Shown here: piece by piece, positions 62,008 through 64,000 of the stretch | How positions within the stretch are numbered: the stretch's first letter is position 1 | Layout of the letters: every line of letters begins with the position of its first letter | Origin: Roseibacillus sp. | Lineage (GTDB): Bacteria; Verrucomicrobiota; Verrucomicrobiia; Verrucomicrobiales; Akkermansiaceae | Direction: 5' to 3' | DNA: 64,000 bases | Assembly: GCA_051251855.1 (NCBI GenBank) | Contig: JBPOGI010000003.1 | Coordinates: 256,001-320,000, forward strand | Translations under genes and position numbers: made by a program | Notes under the pieces: generated by a model | What the model saw: only the letters and a program-made list of their open reading frames with translations | What the model was told of the DNA's origin: nothing | Databases searched by the model: none

Positions 62008-62604
62008 ATGAAGATTGAAATTTCGCTGCCAGATTGGCTCAACGAGGAGGTGGGAGCACTGGATGAGGCCGGGTCTTGGTCTGCAGGCGATGAGCGTATG
62101 GCGTGGGTTCTCGCGCTGGCGCGGAAAAATATTACCGAAAAGAGTGGAGGTCCCTTTGCGGCGGCGGTTTTTGAGAAAGAGTCGGGTCGTTTGGTAGCTG
62201 CGGGGGTGAATCGGGTGATTCCTACTTTTACTTCCATTGCGCACGCTGAGACGGTGGCGTTGGCGTTGGCTCAGCAAAAGTTGAAGACTCACGATCTAGC
62301 GGCACCTGGTTTGCCGGATATGGAGTTGGTGGCTTCGGCGCAGCCTTGTATTCAATGTTTTGGGAATACTTGGTGGTCGGGGGTGAAGGGGCTGGTGATT
62401 GGCGCGCGGGCGGATGATGTAGAGGAGATTGTGGGTTTCCACGAGGGGCCCTTGCCGGAGGGGTGGCCGAGTTTGTTAGAAGACCGTCCCGGAGGATTGC
62501 CGTCGGTGACAGTGTCGCGGGATTTGTTGAGGGATGAAGCGAGAGAGGTGTTGGAGCTTTATCGGGATTCGGGCGGATTTGTTTACAATGCGGGTGGGGA
62601 GTGA
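62008..62604 (+). CDS. Zn-dependent nucleoside deaminase (cytidine/guanine deaminase family)
   Basis: GGPFAAAV, AHAE, PCIQC; start placed at MKIEI. Confidence 0.88.
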   Translation: MKIEISLPDWLNEEVGALDEAGSWSAGDERMAWVLALARKNITEKSGGPFAAAVFEKESGRLVAAGVNRVIPTFTSIAHAETVALALAQQKLKTHDLAAPGLPDMELVASAQPCIQCFGNTWWSGVKGLVIGARADDVEEIVGFHEGPLPEGWPSLLEDRPGGLPSVTVSRDLLRDEAREVLELYRDSGGFVYNAGGE

Positions 62605-62673
62605 GACCGGGTGAAGGGGACGGGGTAGGACGTTCACCGCAGAGTCGCGGTGGCCGCTGAGAAACGCAGAGAT

Positions 62674-63276
62674 TTAGAGAGGGTAGTCGAATTTGGTGCG
62701 GATGAGGTGTTGAGGTGCGTTTTGATGGAGGAGATTTGTCAATTGTTGGAATTCTTCATCGCTGACTTTTGCGCGCGGAATTTCGAGAAACTTTGTAGGT
62801 CGAGGAAAGAAAAGAATGGAGTCGTGGAGAAGGCAGATGGCGGTCATTGTCTTCCAAGTGGTTTCTGAAAAATCGGAGCTAGTCAGGATACTGAGTCCAT
62901 CTTCATGAAACACCAATTCACGTTTTCCGACTAAGTCGGCGGTGTCAGAACCGTCCAGGTAGCGTTTACTGAAATTTTTTTCAATCTGAGCTCGCAACCT
63001 CAGTCCTTTGTTTGACCAGATATAGACCGTAGCTCCGGTAATGAAGACAAACGTCGAAATGATTGCGGCCCAGAAGACTCGCGGAAGGAGGTCGAACCCA
63101 TCATTGGTGAAGAGTAAGAGCAAAAAAGTGGCTCCCGTCGTCATAAAAATGAGCTTCCAGCGTTCTCTAACCTGAGTAGGAGCAAGAGAGATGCGATACT
63201 GAGTGTCGACCAGATCGTGAGGATTTGTTTCGAAGGTGACCGAAAGAAGAGGCTCTGTTTTCAGAAGCGAGGCCAC
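62674..63276 (-). CDS. YcxB-like membrane protein
   Basis: Two TM helices then a PH-like tail (FHEDGL...W...IPR). Confidence 0.6.
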   Translation of the reverse strand: MASLLKTEPLLSVTFETNPHDLVDTQYRISLAPTQVRERWKLIFMTTGATFLLLLFTNDGFDLLPRVFWAAIISTFVFITGATVYIWSNKGLRLRAQIEKNFSKRYLDGSDTADLVGKRELVFHEDGLSILTSSDFSETTWKTMTAICLLHDSILFFPRPTKFLEIPRAKVSDEEFQQLTNLLHQNAPQHLIRTKFDYPL

Positions 63277-63290
63277 GGTATTCGTTGTAG

Positions 63291-63923
63291 CTAGCTGAAT
63301 TGAGCGATGGCTAGCTGGGCTGCCTCAGCGATGTCATCGGCGAGGAGGAGGTCGGAGACGATGACGACGCGTTGGGCGCCGGCTTCTTTGACGACTGAGA
63401 GGTTGTCGCGCTTGATGCCGCCGATACAGAAGACGGGGATTTGGCTGCCGACTTCGGCCATGACGGCGGGGATGTTTTCGAGCCCGATGCCGGGGCGGCC
63501 TTTTTTTGTGGGGGTGGGGAAAAGGGGGCCGAATCCGATGTAGTCGGCGCCTTCGGCGAGAGCGCCCTTGGCTTGTTCGGGGGAGTGAGTGGAGCGACCG
63601 ACGATTTTGCCTGCAGAAAGTTGTTCGCGTGCGGCTGAGAGGGGGCCGTCGTCTTGGCCGAGGTGCACTCCGTCGGCATCGACTTCTTTGGCGATGTCGA
63701 TGAAGTCGTTAATGATGAAGGGGACGCTTGCTTCGCGGCAGAGGGGTAGGAGTTCTTTGGCCCACGCGAGAATTTCGGATTTTTCGCGCCCTTTGGCTCG
63801 GAGTTGAATGATACCTGCCCCGCCGGCGATGAGTTGGCGGGTGACATGGATTAAGTTTTCCTCAGGAGCGTATCCGAGGTCGACGATTCCGTAGAGTTTT
63901 GCCTCCAACCAGTTGTTTGCCAT
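63291..63923 (-). CDS. thiE: Thiamine-phosphate synthase
   Basis: IQLRAK, FIIND, DGVHLGQDD, GRSTH, GPLFPTPTK, CIGGI. Confidence 0.96.
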   Translation of the reverse strand: MANNWLEAKLYGIVDLGYAPEENLIHVTRQLIAGGAGIIQLRAKGREKSEILAWAKELLPLCREASVPFIINDFIDIAKEVDADGVHLGQDDGPLSAAREQLSAGKIVGRSTHSPEQAKGALAEGADYIGFGPLFPTPTKKGRPGIGLENIPAVMAEVGSQIPVFCIGGIKRDNLSVVKEAGAQRVVIVSDLLLADDIAEAAQLAIAQFS

Positions 63924-63925
63924 CT

Positions 63926-64000
63926 TTAGAGGCCTTTTTCTTCAAGAAAGCGACCGACCCAACCGATGTCGTAAGTTCCCTTGATGAAGTCGGGGTGGTC
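63926..64000 (-). CDS. accC: 3' end of a probable biotin carboxylase (partial)
   Basis: Hand translation gives DHPDFIKGTYDIGWVGRFLEEKGL*. Confidence 0.65.
   Translation of the reverse strand, partial: DHPDFIKGTYDIGWVGRFLEEKGL

Overview
This 64 kb window looks like chromosome from a moderately GC-rich Verrucomicrobia-type bacterium. That assignment is inferred from five PEP-CTERM proteins, a planctomycete-type cytochrome c domain, a sulfatase, DUF1080, a DUF1800/DUF1501 pair and a recurrent FFRV-type terminal domain. Housekeeping content includes btuB under a compact cobalamin riboswitch, ppc, recF, a GldAFG+DUF4340 ABC module, tRNA-Arg(TCT), a SahR-like regulator divergent from metK-ahcY, lacZ-galK-pfkA, thiE and the 3' end of accC. 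The most notable items are: (1) a 480-bp mini-element made of a GxxExxY PD-(D/E)xK nuclease gene bounded by 31-bp inverted repeats built from 9-nt units, sitting inside a yqiJ-yqiK(flotillin)-giant AAA+ operon, with related solo repeats elsewhere; (2) a RAYT transposase flanked by inverted REP doublets; (3) an operon joining the two Tm-1-like components (PEP-hydrolase-like TIM barrel and UPF0261) to LsrF, LsrE-like and SDR enzymes, next to two divergent secreted repeat-protein paralogs; (4) a surface-protein cluster with DUF1800/DUF1501, four PEP-CTERM proteins and a pseudopilin-like gene. No CRISPR array, rRNA, integrase or prophage was seen. All family calls come from motif recognition, not database searches.
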